A DNA stretch of 64,000 nucleotides from Hypanus sabinus (Eukaryota), in NCBI RefSeq assembly GCF_030144855.1, contig NC_082734.1:17112001-17176000 (forward strand), written 5' to 3'. The translations under genes and the position numbers were made by a program. This document shows, one piece after another, positions 11,801 through 24,900 of the stretch; position 1 is the first letter of the stretch, and every line of letters begins with the position of its first letter. The notes below the pieces were generated by a model. That model worked only from the letters and a program-made list of their open reading frames with translations, searched no databases and was not told where the DNA came from.

Positions 11801-13559
11801 TGATGGGGGTCCTTAACAATGGATGCCACAGTGACAGTGATGCAGCCAGTTATAATGCTGTCCATCATATATCTGTAGAAATTTCCAAGATTACCCCAAG
11901 GGTTGATGCCTTTGACTTTTTTGGCACAAGCCTTGGCATTCCTTCCCTGAATCTCACTGCCTAGGTACTCTTCTATTTTTAAAAATCACTTTAATGACCA
12001 AGCGTTTAATCACTTGCCCCAAACTCTCCACGACTTACTGCAAAATATTTTTCTATTTACAGACATGGCCTGACCTGCTGATCATTTCTAACATCTTTAA
12101 AGTAATAGTGTATTTTCCAATTTAGTGCCAAATTTTGCCTGCAAACGACGTACTGAAGGATTGTAAGAAGTTTATTACATTAAAAGATACAAAACAAATG
12201 TCACAAAAGGGTTAGTGAGTTGTGGGCTCCAGAACATGGTGGCACTTGCAGGTTGCCAGCACAATCTTCACCATCTTGATTTGATACAAAATGATGCATT
12301 TCACTGTACGTTTCAATACACTACATGTAACAAATGAAGTTAATCTTTATGTTTAAAAAGACTGCCTGAATGAGCAGATGGAAAGAGAAAATTCCAAGAT
12401 TCTGCTAGCGACATACGACGGCATTTTGTAGGCAGCTCCCAGAACTACTAGCTGTACATCTTCTGAACTATGATTACTGCAATCTGCAGCCTGTAATTTC
12501 CCTTTAAGAAATGTAATTTTGAACCAGCAAACTAGCAAATTTACGATCTCCTGAAGGACTTGGTGAACTTTACTCTTGAAAATGCAGGTATGGCCATCAC
12601 TGGGGAGCGGAAGAGAGATACTGTGTTGAGGCTCGAGAGCAGAAAACAAATCTGTGTTCAGCTCCATTACTCCATGCTGTTTAGGCGTCAAACCAGATTA
12701 AAGCATCTAAATCTAAGTCTCTCTCTCTCTCTCTTCTCGCTTCTAACTTCAGACAAGGAGGTACAGTCTTGATCCCACGCCGCCCGATTTGGGAGCAGTT
12801 GTTGCCATCGTGCTTCTGGAACTACTTCATTCACCTCAGCACTAAACTGAATCCACAACAGTAGCTTGCTTTCAGGGACTATGCAGCTCATGTTTATGTA
12901 TTACAGTATTTGATTACTTTTTTATTGTTTAGTTTCTCTTTCACACATTGAATGTTTGTTGGTCTTCGTTGTGGTGTGGTTTTTCATGGATTCTACAGTG
13001 TTTCTTTGTGGTTGCCTACAAGAAGATGAATAATAAATTTGAACTTTGAAGTGTGGAGGATGATGTGGGTGTCATTTCTCGATCTGTGTGGCTCTATCTT
13101 TTTCTCAGTGTTAATTCACACTTTGTGATAGAGGACTGAGCTACTGTATTTTGACCAATTGCTGACGGATACAATCTCACCCTCAGCATAGAACCTCCTA
13201 ATTCAGTCTATGATTCCCAATGTCCAGAGCTCCACAAAATGTAAGGTTAGAGAAATAGAACCACACTGTTCAACAGGAGACACATTGCACATTATATATC
13301 AGCAAGGCATGAAATGTTAATTCATCACTAGGCACTTAAGAGACAACTGTTTCTGTGCAGTGCTGAGGGGAATCATCAAATATTCCCATTTCAGACAACT
13401 ACATCTGAAATCCACAGTCACATCCATGGAGGTTCAGTAAGTAGCATTGTTTTAAGATGCTTAAAAAAATACATATTGAAACTTAAAATAAAATTGCCAA
13501 ATCTCGAACAGTAGACTCATCTGCAAGTATGATTTAAAGGCAGAGGCTTTAGCTGGCCT

Positions 13560-15290
13560 GCCTCACTCCACACTCCCAACTATCCTGTTGGTGAATGTAC
13601 AGTCTCTGGAAATTAAGACCTCAGAGCAAGATTGTTGTACCAAGGGGTATCAGGAACTGTTGTGCACTTAGCTTCACAGAAACATGACTATCCCCCACCA
13701 ATTTGGATGCAGCACTGCAGCTCGATGGCTTCAAGATTCTCCACGATGACAGGACAGCTGAGTCTTTTAATTAAGTGGGTGGAGTATGCTTTATGATTAA
13801 TTCATTGTGGTGGACACGTGACAGTTCTGCTCACTCAACCTGCAACATCTAATGGTCAAATGTCATCCATTTTATCCACCATCATCCTGGTGGCAGTGTA
13901 TATTCCGCCTCAGGCCAACGTCAGGCAGGTACTGGAAGAATTGAGCAACGTAACCAGCAGGCACGAAACTGCACACCCTGCTGCCTTCCCTATCACTGCG
14001 GGAGATTTCAACCAGGCCAGCTTAAAGAACAACTACCACCAATGTATCACCTGTGGAACCAGAGGAGCCAATACACTTGACTACTGTCATAACAAGAACA
14101 CTTATGCCATTCCATAACCATATTTTGAAAAGTCCAATCATTTAGTGCTGATGACACTAAATTGAGTGGGAAAATAAAGTGCAGAGGATATGGAGAGTCT
14201 GCAGAGAGATTATAGGTAGGTTAAGTGAGGAGCAAGGGTCTGGCAGATGGAGAGCACTGTTGGTAAATGTGAGGTCATTCATTTTGGAAGGAAAAATGGA
14301 AGATCAGATTATTATTTAAATGGTAAAAGATTGCAGCATGCTGCTATGCAGAAGGACTTGGGAGTGCTTGTCCATGAATTACAAAAGGTTGGTTTGCAGG
14401 TGCAGCAGGCTATCAAGGCAAATGGAACGTTGGCCTTCATTGCTAGAGGGATTGAATTAAGAGCAGGAAGGTTATGTTGCAACTATACAGGGTACTGGTG
14501 AGGCCGTATCTGGAGTACTGTATGCAGTCTGGTCTCCTTATTTGAGGAAGGATATACTGGCAGTGGAGGTTCACCAGGATGATTTCAGAGATGAGGGGGC
14601 TAGGCAATGAGGAGGAATTGAATTGCGTCGGACTGTACTCAGTGGAATTCAGAAGAATGAGAGGATATCTTATAGAAACATATAAAATGATTAAAGGGAT
14701 AGAGAAGATAGAGGCAGGAAAGTTGTTTCCACTGGTAGGTGAGACTAGAATTAGGGGACATAGCCTCAAGATTCAGGGGAGTAACTTTAGAATGGAAATG
14801 AAGAAGAACTGCTTTTCCCAGAGAGTGGTGAATCTGTGGAATTCTCTGCCCAATGAAGCAGTGGAGGCTACCTCAGTAAATGTATTTAAGACAAAGTTGG
14901 ATAGACGTTTGCATAGTAGGCAATTAAGGGTTATGGGGAAAAGGCAGGTAGGTGGAGGTAAGACTATGGTCAAATCAGCCATGATCTTATTGAATGGTGG
15001 AGCAGGCTCGACTGGCCGGATGGCCGACTCCTGCCCCTATTTCTTATCTTCTTATCTGGCTGTACTTTATACTTAGTGTATAGACAGAGGCTAAAGATGC
15101 AGTATCAGTGGTGAGGACCAAGAAGGTACGGTCAAGGGAGGTGGAGGAGTGCTTACAGGACTGCTTTGAGTTGGGCTATTTAATTTTTAAAATATATACT
15201 TATTGTAATTTATAGTTCTTAATTATGTATTGCAATGTACTGCTGCTGCAAAATGACATATTTTACAACATGTGCCAGTGATAGAAGGTA
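13560..15290 (+). mobile_element. Rex1/Babar-type LINE relic (endonuclease region and 3' tail) split by a CR1 insertion
   Basis: LLVNVQSLE, ILVAVYIPPQAN, AGDFNQASLK; reading resumes after about 15053 with LAVL...ECLQDCFE. Confidence 0.7.
14143..15053 (+). mobile_element. 5'-truncated CR1 LINE
   Basis: [30 protein letters not shown]; (TCTTA)n-like tail. Confidence 0.9.
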
Positions 15291-15446
15291 TTGAAACTTT
15301 TACCTCCAAGAATATAAGGAGGAGGAGGACTATAACCTAAACTGTCAGACAGGCTCAAATGCTGCACATGCAGACTCATCTGGTAGAACTGACATAATCC
15401 TTCAGATTTTACCCCATTAAAACAGATATTAAACAGATAGAGAAAG

Positions 15447-15452
15447 TTTATT
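15447..15452 (-). terminator. Putative DDX59 polyadenylation signal AATAAA
   Basis: tttatt on the plus strand about 245 nt downstream of the DDX59 stop. Confidence 0.6.
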
Positions 15453-15694
15453 AATGTATTTACACTATTAAGACATGTTCACATTCTTAAAGCAGCACTG
15501 AATTACATTCAGCCATCTCTATCCAGCTCTTATAATAATGAGGTTCTCATCCCACTCACCCCCATCCTCTATGTGAATACAACCTGATTCTAACACAAGC
15601 CAAGGAACGAGTCCTATGCAAATGACATCCAGCATGGATAGGTGGTGTTAATCAGGGCTAGCAGTCAAACTGTCTTCTCATCAAGAACCCTGGG

Positions 15695-15964
15695 CTATCG
15701 TTTCTGTAGCATGCTGCGGTCATGCTTCTTTATGATGTCAATCAAACTGTCCCCGGTCACCAGGTCTTGCTGCGCTCGCTGCTTGTTCTTCTGCTGCTCT
15801 CTACGCTGCTGCTCAATCAGGTACGGAGAGTTGAGGAGCTGTGGGGGCAGCAACGTACCTGTTGGCTTCACCCTCTTCACCAACTCCAGGAAGTGCCTGC
15901 TGCTGTTGTTATTCACAAAGGTAATGGCCGTTCCTCTGTGGCCCAAACGGCCTGCTCTCCCCAC
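15695..15964 (-). CDS. DDX59: DDX59 last coding exon ([11 protein letters not shown]...MLQKR*)
   Basis: ttattgcag|GTG; TAG stop at 15697-15695. Confidence 0.95.
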   Translation of the reverse strand: MGRAGRLGHRGTAITFVNNNSSRHFLELVKRVKPTGTLLPPQLLNSPYLIEQQRREQQKNKQRAQQDLVTGDSLIDIIKKHDRSMLQKR

Positions 15965-18900
15965 CTGCAATAACAAGTATGTACAACTTGTATTAGAGCT
16001 CAAGCACATACCGAAACTATGTTGCAGCACTTCCAATATCCCTGTGGCTGTGTCCTTCAAATATCTTTCCCCTCATAGTCTAACATGAAATAATTAACAT
16101 ACAGAACTCTCAAGGCAGCAAGACAAGTTGATGAGGCTATTTAAATACATGAGATTAGGGTAAAGGAGGAGATAGTTTTGGGTCTCTTATAGAGAATTAA
16201 GGTGGATAAGTCCCCAGTGGCTGATGGAATATACCCCACGTTACTGAGAAAGGCAAGAGACGAGATTACTGGGGTTTAGATCAATATCTTCATGTCCTCT
16301 CTAGCCACAGGCAAGGTCCCAGAGGACTGGCAAGTAGCTAATTTTGTTGTATTATTCAAGAAAGGAACCAGGGATAATCCTGTAACTATAGACCAGTGAG
16401 TCTAATGTCAGTGGTAGAGAAGTAACTGGAGAGAATTCTTAGGGATAAGATTTATGAGCATTTGGAAAACCATGGCCTAAGTAGGAAGAACCATCACAGC
16501 TTTGTGTAAGGCAAGTTGTGTCTTACTAACTTGATTGAGATTTTTGGGAACATGACACTGGTGATTGATGAAGGTAGAGCTCTAGATGTTGTCTACATGG
16601 ATATTAGAAAGGCATTTGACAAGGTCACCCATGGGAGGCTCATCCAGAAGATTAAGATGCTTGGGATTCAGGGTGCATTGACCATTTGGATTCAGAGCTA
16701 GCTTACCCATTGAGGGTAGTGGTTGAAGGGACTCGTTTGAGCTAGAATGCGCTGCCTGGTGTGGTGGGAGAGGCGGATACATTTGGAATTCTTAATTTGG
16801 ATAGGCACACGAATGTGAGGGAAATGGAAGGGTTATGGACACTGTGTAGGCAGAAAGGAACAGTTTAGATGGCCATTTGATAATTGGTTCTGCACAACAT
16901 TGTGGGCTGAAGGAACTGTTCTTGTGCTGTACTGTTTTATATTTGTATGAGATTTTTATTTTTATAAATAGAGCCATAGTAATGCTGATTCTTCAAGACT
17001 AAACACACTAAAAGACTGAAATATTCTATCCAGCTCTGAGCACCACCAGAGGTAGGTCTTAGAGGGAATGGAAGAAAGTGCGGCAGCTCTCCTTTGTAGT
17101 TAGGATCTGCACATATACAGGCTATGTACAGAGATAGAGAAGAAAGTGGAAGAGATAATTAAAAGTTTTCATGTCACTGAACTTCGATGTAACGGGTAAC
17201 AAAAATCAAGAAGGAAATACTGCATGGAAATACTATAGATCAATTAGCCCTCTGTGTATGTGCTTAACTCTTTTACCTAACAAAATTGGGGAAAAAAAAT
17301 GGATCCCATTGAAAATATTGTATCAATTGAACCCATTGTTTTGTTGTTCCTTTTTACACCTTGTGGTGCATTGGGCAGCAACATTTCCATTTCTATAGCA
17401 TTTTGTCTGGTTATTACGAGGCCCAGTTGCTAGCTGAACGCTCACCCCAGCACAGACGGAAAGCACGCAAGGAGCTGGCCGGATTCGAACCCGGAACCAC
17501 TCGCCTCAAAGTCTGGTGCAGATACCACTGCACCACTGGCTGGCTAATTGAACCCATGAAAGGGGAAAATCAGACCCATCAATCCATCCAGGTCAGCATA
17601 CAAGTTGGTTAGGCTAAATAGTCTCCTGCCAATTTGTGACTGTTGTAGATTTCAGAGTTTGGAACAAGAGAGCACAGTAAAAGGAAGTGAGGAATTCACA
17701 CAGTGAAACAGCATTACCTGGTGTACATATTCATCCATGGTGCGTGGCATATCGAAGTTCACAACCAGTCTGACGTTGACAAGATCTAGCCCTCTCCCAA
17801 GAACTCCTGTGCTGACTACAACTTCATAGTCTCCTTGAAGCAGACCCTGGAAAAGATACACATCAGCAAGTCCTGGGGAAATGATGTTGAGCAGTAACTC
17901 ACCTTTGTAATCACTTAAATGCACCCCCTCCGTCCCAAATTCCTCCCCCTGCAGAACATCATATTCACCCGCCAGTGAGAATGGTAAAATTTGCTAAAGT
18001 GCCAAAAAAAGCCCAGAGTAAAGCAGAAAAGGAAGGAAGCAGCAAATCTGTAGCAGCTCAACTTCCGGGCAGCAAAAAGAAAGTCTAATTAATTTAAATT
18101 TTTTCCCTGAAATATTTAGTACAATCCCCAGTTGGAGTTTATGTCGCTGGAGACAGAGTTTACGTTGCACTAAAATCCCAAAATTAAATATGGTAAATGC
18201 AAGCATTAGCAAGCTAGCCTAGAAATAGCACCGATGGAAACTGTTAGTCTACTGTGAAAACCCAGCTGTTTATTAATGATTTTCCAGGAACAAATGAAAC
18301 ATTATAACATAAGAATAAGGTGTTAATATTTAACCACAGTAGGTGGAATCTGATGGAAAGCCTTCTGCCATGGCAAACATGTATCCCACTAATTCATAAT
18401 GTCTTCTACTAAATCTTCTACTGTTTCAGTTTATGATACATAATGGATAATCTTCCAGTTGCAGTATGGGTTCAGACTGCCAGCACTCCAGCTATGGCTC
18501 AGAGGATTATTCTTTCCAAATGAGGGGTTCAAATTTCACTTCAGAAGCTTGAGTACAGAAATATGATGGACAACTGCACTACTGCAGTGATGAGAAGCTG
18601 GCGTAGAAATCAATTTACCTTTTTTTTGCTCTCAGATAAAATGGGTGGACACAAAATATCAAATGCCACTATTTAAGAGGGGGGTAAAAACAAGCTTCTT
18701 GGCTGATCAACATAACTGAAACAGTGTGGGCATCTACATGTATCTAGCTTCATTTGATTCTACTATGCTTTTGGATGTCTTAATCTTGAGGTTAAGGATG
18801 ACTTCGTTTCACTATAAAGGTTGTGCAATTCTGAGATGGATAATGAGGTCAATAAGGAACTACTAGTGGGGTGGGTGAAACTTGTTGGAGAATTTCAATT

Positions 18901-21900
18901 GGAGATTAGAGAGGTTATACATTCCTTTCAAATGTATATCCTCTCTAACATTCCTTCCTGAAGATATCTGCGATTTCCTATCATGGAGATTCAAGATTCT
19001 TGATGCTTTACTGGATATCCTTTGACTAGATATGGCCAGGGATTTCTACTGGTCAATAAGGAAGCTACATTTTCTCAGTGAGTCTTTACGAACACTCAAA
19101 CCATTTTATATCTTCTGGAAATCTCTAATTATGAGGAATTCTGTATAGCACACTTACTTCAGAATAAGGTGTCAGCACAGGACAACCTGGCTGTCTACCA
19201 GAGCTGGTTGTGTGTGACTGGAGCCTGGAGTCAAACATGGACTTACAGAATTCAGGGGAGACATCCAGAGGTTATGCAGATTTCTAAATTGGATCTAAAT
19301 TTCTAACATGGATCACCTAGGCCTGATGAGTTCCTCCAGCATTTTGTGAGTGTTGCTTTGGATTTCCTGCATTGCAGATTTTCTCAGGTAGGGATCAGTG
19401 TTGCCTGGTAGATCACAAGATTAGTAGTGGATACAGTCTTTGTCTTCAAATGCTTTTTCTTTTTTTTTCAGCTGAACACCGAGCTGGAGCAGTAGAAGTA
19501 ATGGTTAATTATATCTTCAATGCCTGTCTTCACTGAGAAGTTGTTCTCAAGTTATGGGAAAAAATCCATTTCTCCCCAGTTTTGCAATGTGAATCTTGCA
19601 GGGGTGGAAGGTAATATCATGCATTGGAAGCAGCTTGGTGCTTGACCTTTGCCTCAGTTTAAGGTCTATACTTTTTATGCTAGAGTACAAAAATACAACT
19701 GCAGATGCTGTGGATCAAAGGATACGTACACAACGCTGGAAGAACTCAGCAGGTCAGGTAGCATCCGTGAGAAAAGAGTAGCCAATGTTTCGGGCTGAAG
19801 TACAATATGCTAGAGTAAAGCAAAATGTTAAGAAAATTTTCCACTATCTCTCCTTGTTGAACTCTTGAAAGCTTCAGAAAGGCTAGTAGTTGGTGCTGTT
19901 CCCTACTGTTTTCTTCAGTTTGTTGCTTAGTGAGGGTCACATCCATTGCAGTCACTGCAGTCATTGAATCTGTGCTATGACCCTGGAGTGAATTGTTTGG
20001 CCACTGGAAGGGGGAGCCTTGTGTCATCTTTCCTTAAGTGGAGTACAATCGAACATCACTTTTCTTGAAAGTCACAATGGAAGTGGCTTTGAGAACCTTG
20101 GCAGGCCCCCCTCTTCCTTGACCAAGTCATGAATTTTTGCCAGTACTTCCCTGTGCTTTAGAACTTCAACATGGATCTCATTCTACGGGGCTTGATAGTT
20201 CACAGTTAGTGTTCCACTTTTTCAGATGTCTGTTAGACTGGGGCAGCACCAGATGTAGTGGATAATTTTAGTGGTTTCAAAGACAGAATTGTACTTTTGG
20301 AGATCTCCTCAAGTGCTCCTTTTCATATCCAGGGTCTATCCTGACAAACTCTTTTCCATTCTTGACTCCCAATGGAGTGGATCATTTCCCTAGATGGTCA
20401 TCAGTTAGTTGCTGGATCTCCCCATGTCATTCCACTGACCATCTGGCCTTTAGCTCACATTTTTGTTGGCGATATCAGTCAAGTCACAATATACAGGTGG
20501 ATTTAAATTTATTTCCTTTTCTTCCAATATCTCATTTGTATTGGGCAGTGTTGCTGCTTCATAGCTCTGATGACTCGGGTTCAATCTTGATCTCTGGAGC
20601 AGTCAGCAGGTGGGTTGTATGTCTGCCGAGTCTATGCATGTTTCTGCTGGTATCCCACATCTCACTGATGTGCTAAAAGATAAAATGTCTGTTGGATACC
20701 CTTTGGTATAAGTGATTATACCCAGTGGTTATTTGAGTGAGATGAAGGAAAGGGGATAGCACTGATGGGATTGCTCTGTTGGATGCTGACATGTATCCGA
20801 GGAGCGAAATAGTCTTCTGTGCAAGGGAGGAAGGCAGGCTGTTCTTTGAGACATTTTCCTAAATAACAAATCCTAGGAGTCTTTTAGACCTCATCAGAAA
20901 CGCATGTCAATAGTGATCGGAAAAATGAACCCAGGATAAGTTTCTCTTTTCCAAATGTACAGAGGGGCACAAATTCCCATGGGGAGAATACAAACTCTGT
21001 CCTTGTTCTGATTGGCTGAACTGATTCCAAGCAAAGGTGGACGCTGGACAATGAGATTTAGTAAAACACTGCACTAATCATGCACTGGAAGTCAGTCTTC
21101 ATTTACCTGTAGGATCTGGTTCCGATCGCACTGGGCCTTGTCGGAGTGAATGGCCACTGACTTCAGGCCAGTGATCGTCTCCACGGCATCGGACAGCAGA
21201 TCAGCTCCCAATTTGCAGTCCACAAATACCAGCACAGGTGGGTGAAACAGTTTGCCATCCTGTACAAGTGCAATAAACAGAAAACTCATTAAAATTTCTA
21301 CCTTACAAATGATCTGTATGTTACCACAACGGGCAGATATTCATATTTCCTTATAGAAGGTTGCTGTTTGGTCCATTGGCCCTACGCTTGCAGAGCAATT
21401 CCACCAATTCCTTACCTCATTTATTTCCCTTAACCATTCCCCTCCCACAGATATCATCAACCCCCCCCCCCCCCATTCTCTTATCACCCACATCCACACC
21501 AAGGATAATTTACGGTAGTCAATTAAACTGCAGACCAATAAATCTTTAGCATGTGGGAGGAAACTGGAGCATACAGGGCTGGGGTGTCGGGGAGGAGAAC
21601 CTACATAGTCACAGGATGAACATGCGAACTCCACACCAACAGCTTCAGAGGGCAGAATACAACTGGCTTTGCTGGAGTTGAGAAGCTACAGCTGTCTGCT
21701 GTGCCATTGCACCCAGGATACCACACAGCAGCCGGGCAAGCCTGGACAAACACATCCCCACTCTCTCCTTTCTTCACAACAGGGAATCCTGTGATGACAA
21801 AGTATAACCATAGATTGTCCCTGCCAGCTGAGACCGGCTAATTCCTCACAAATCGAAGACCAAACTTGGCTCAGTTCCTGAATTTCTCACCACATTTTAT

Positions 21901-24900
21901 ATGTAAATGGAACACAGCTGTTCCCCAATAGTTCCTTACCACATATAGGGCTGGAATGGAGACTTTCTATTTTTAATTCACACAAAACAATTCCAAGTCT
22001 ACTTACATTCAGAATCTCAAATAGCTTTTTCTTCTTAGATGGCTCCTCCACCCACAGGATGATCTGACGGACATTAGAACAAGGCTGGTTCATTTCTCCA
22101 ACTGTAATCCTGATGGGATCCTGCAGGAAATGGCTGGCCAGCTGCTGGATGCCTGCTGGGATGGTGGCAGAGACAAGAATTGTTTGATGCTCCTCGGGCG
22201 TTTGCTCCAAGATATCCAACACCTGTTGCTGGAAACCCATCTTCAACATCGTATCCACCTCAACAAAAGATCATGCACTTATGTTTTATTGCCAGCAACT
22301 GTGCAGCATGTATGTTAATTGTTCTTTTCAGGACTGGCAAGATCAGCCTTTAGTTTCCCAAAAGCTATAGTGGGCTGCCTTCTATAACAACCATGATCCA
22401 TCAGTGGATCCATCCTCATAGTACTACAGGAGACTTAAACCTAGTGATACTGACAATATATTTCCAAATAATATATTTCAAAATAATGACAATATATTTC
22501 CAAATTGGGGTGCATGTGACGAACAGGTGATACTCCCTTACAGCGACCACTTTTGGGGATCTAAGTGGCTAACTTACTTAATGCCCATTATGCTGTTGGC
22601 ATTTAGGGCAGCAATGAAAGACTTCCATTTCTGTCTGGCCACACCGTTGATCACAGAGAAAGAAAGATTCTTCATTGCTGTTTCAATAACAACTTTTTTC
22701 TGACCAATTAGGGTTGTTAGTCCTGAGCTGCACCCCTGAATGTGGAGACTCTTAGTCTGGCTCTACCCTGATTGGCCTGGGTGACCCTACCATGAGCCAA
22801 AGCATAAAGCCCCGTCTCCAGCCAACAGAGTTCTCCGAGTCTTTGAGGCACATCAGCCTCCAAACCACAACAAGGCTGTAGTCCTCTTGGATGATAAGCC
22901 ACTTCAGAATCCATAAAACCAAAGTGAGAACAAGTCATCCTTGATCATAAAGGACAGCCCAAGAAGAAGAAATGCATGAAATCCAACACAAAGCATCTTT
23001 AACATGGGCTATGGGGTCTTTCACTGGCAGGATTAGTTGTTAACTGGAACAATGCTATAATTGGAGACTACACTGGATATATGGAGAGGGCTAGATAAAG
23101 GTTAGGGAAAAGGGAAGGCAAGTGTGATTTGTATTATCTCCACATGGAAAATAAACTCAGGTATGCATTGGTTGGTTGAGAAGCCTGCTTTCATGTTGTT
23201 ACTTCTGCACATTGTTCCCACAATGGTCTCCTACAAATCAATTCCTATCAATGCATAGGTACTAGAATACCATGTATAGTTCTGGTCACCCTGCTACAGC
23301 AAGGATGCCATTAAATTGGAAAGGGTACAGAAAAGATATGAGAATGTTACCTGGAGTGGATGGTTTGAGTAATAAAGAGAGACTAGATTGGCTAGGACTT
23401 TTCCCTGAAGCATAGGAGGCTGAGTGGTGATCTTACAGAGGTTTTAAAATCATGAGGGTATTGATAAGATAAATGTTATTTTCCCCCACGGTAAAAACTA
23501 GTGGGCACAGGTTTAAAGTGAGAGGGCAAAGATTTAAAGAGCATCTGAGGGGCAAGATTTCCCCTCACACAGAGGCTGATGGGTATATGGAACAAGTTGC
23601 CAGATGCCAGTGGTAGAGGTAGGTACAATTACAAAATTTAAAGGATTTTTGGGCAGGTACAAAGATTGGCAAGACAGGGATATGGGCCAACATGGGCAAA
23701 TAGATTCAACTCAGTTAGAAAAGTTGGTTAGTATGGATAAGGGTTATGGACAAGCTGAAGAGCCTGCTTTCTGTGCTGTTCCGTAATCGCTGCTTGAGCA
23801 GTTGAATTAGGGAGTAAAACACCTTCAGCACCATCTCATCAAACAATTACAGGACATGTCCAGCAGAGTCAAAGTATTCCAATAACACAGTAAAACATTA
23901 TGATGAGAGGTGCCAAGAGGCTGTTTAGTCTGGCTAGAGTATCTACAGCTGAAGGGGGAAGTCTCAGAATAAGTGGCTTGCCAATTTGGCCTGAAACCAG
24001 GGTGAATCTCTTTACTCCAGTTTAAGGATCTTCTGCTCCAGAGGGCAGTGAATCCTCATTCACCAAGTATATTTAAGGCTGAGATTGAAAGACATCTGGT
24101 GCTGAGGGGAATCAAAGGTGATTTGTACTGGGCAAGAAAGTGATTCAGATGTCTAGTACAACCTTAAACAACAACAGAGGAAGACTGGATGGACTATATT
24201 GCTTCCCTCAGCATATATTCTCAGGAAAACTATCCCAAGCCCAGTACAATAGTAGGTAGCAATTCAAGATTATCAGCTTGTGGCTTCTCATGGGGTCAAT
24301 ACTGCTTAGAGTGGATTAAGAGCAGTCCAACTCATTTCAGCTTGAAAGAGTGGGGTAAGAGGTAATCAGCTAAGCTGGTTTGATCCTGCCTCAAGAGTAC
24401 TGAATTCCAAAATGTCTCTAAAAGGAGAACACTTTTATATGGAGAGACTAGATAGGCTAGGTCTTCTCCCTGAAGTGTGGCAACCTGAGAAAACTTACCT
24501 CATCAACCACCACAATCTGCAGTCCACAAAGGCTGATGGCTTCTTGCTTCAGTATTTCCAGCAGTCGGCCAGGGGTGGCAATAATAACCTGCAGAACAGA
24601 TCTACCAATCAAAATTTAACATCCTGCAGAGAGGGCTGTTAGAGGAGAGGCACTCCTAGAATGGGTGGAATGGATTGAGATGGGCCGAAGGGCAGTCTGA
24701 GGGGAAAAGATGGAAAAGGAGTAAACAGCTTGAAGGGAAGGAACCATTATGAACATCAGACCATTGCAAAGTACACATTATGGATTGTCAGAGTGAATGA
24801 AGGGAAGAGGAGGTGGTTCTGACTAAAGTTAGCAATATGACCAAAAAGGGAAGGAATGATAGTCCCTTAGGGAGGGGATGGGATAGGACAAGGTGCAGAA

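Noticed and set aside
17470-17545. tRNA gene
   Set aside because: A and B boxes are present but the cloverleaf stems pair poorly and it continues into a SINE-like body.
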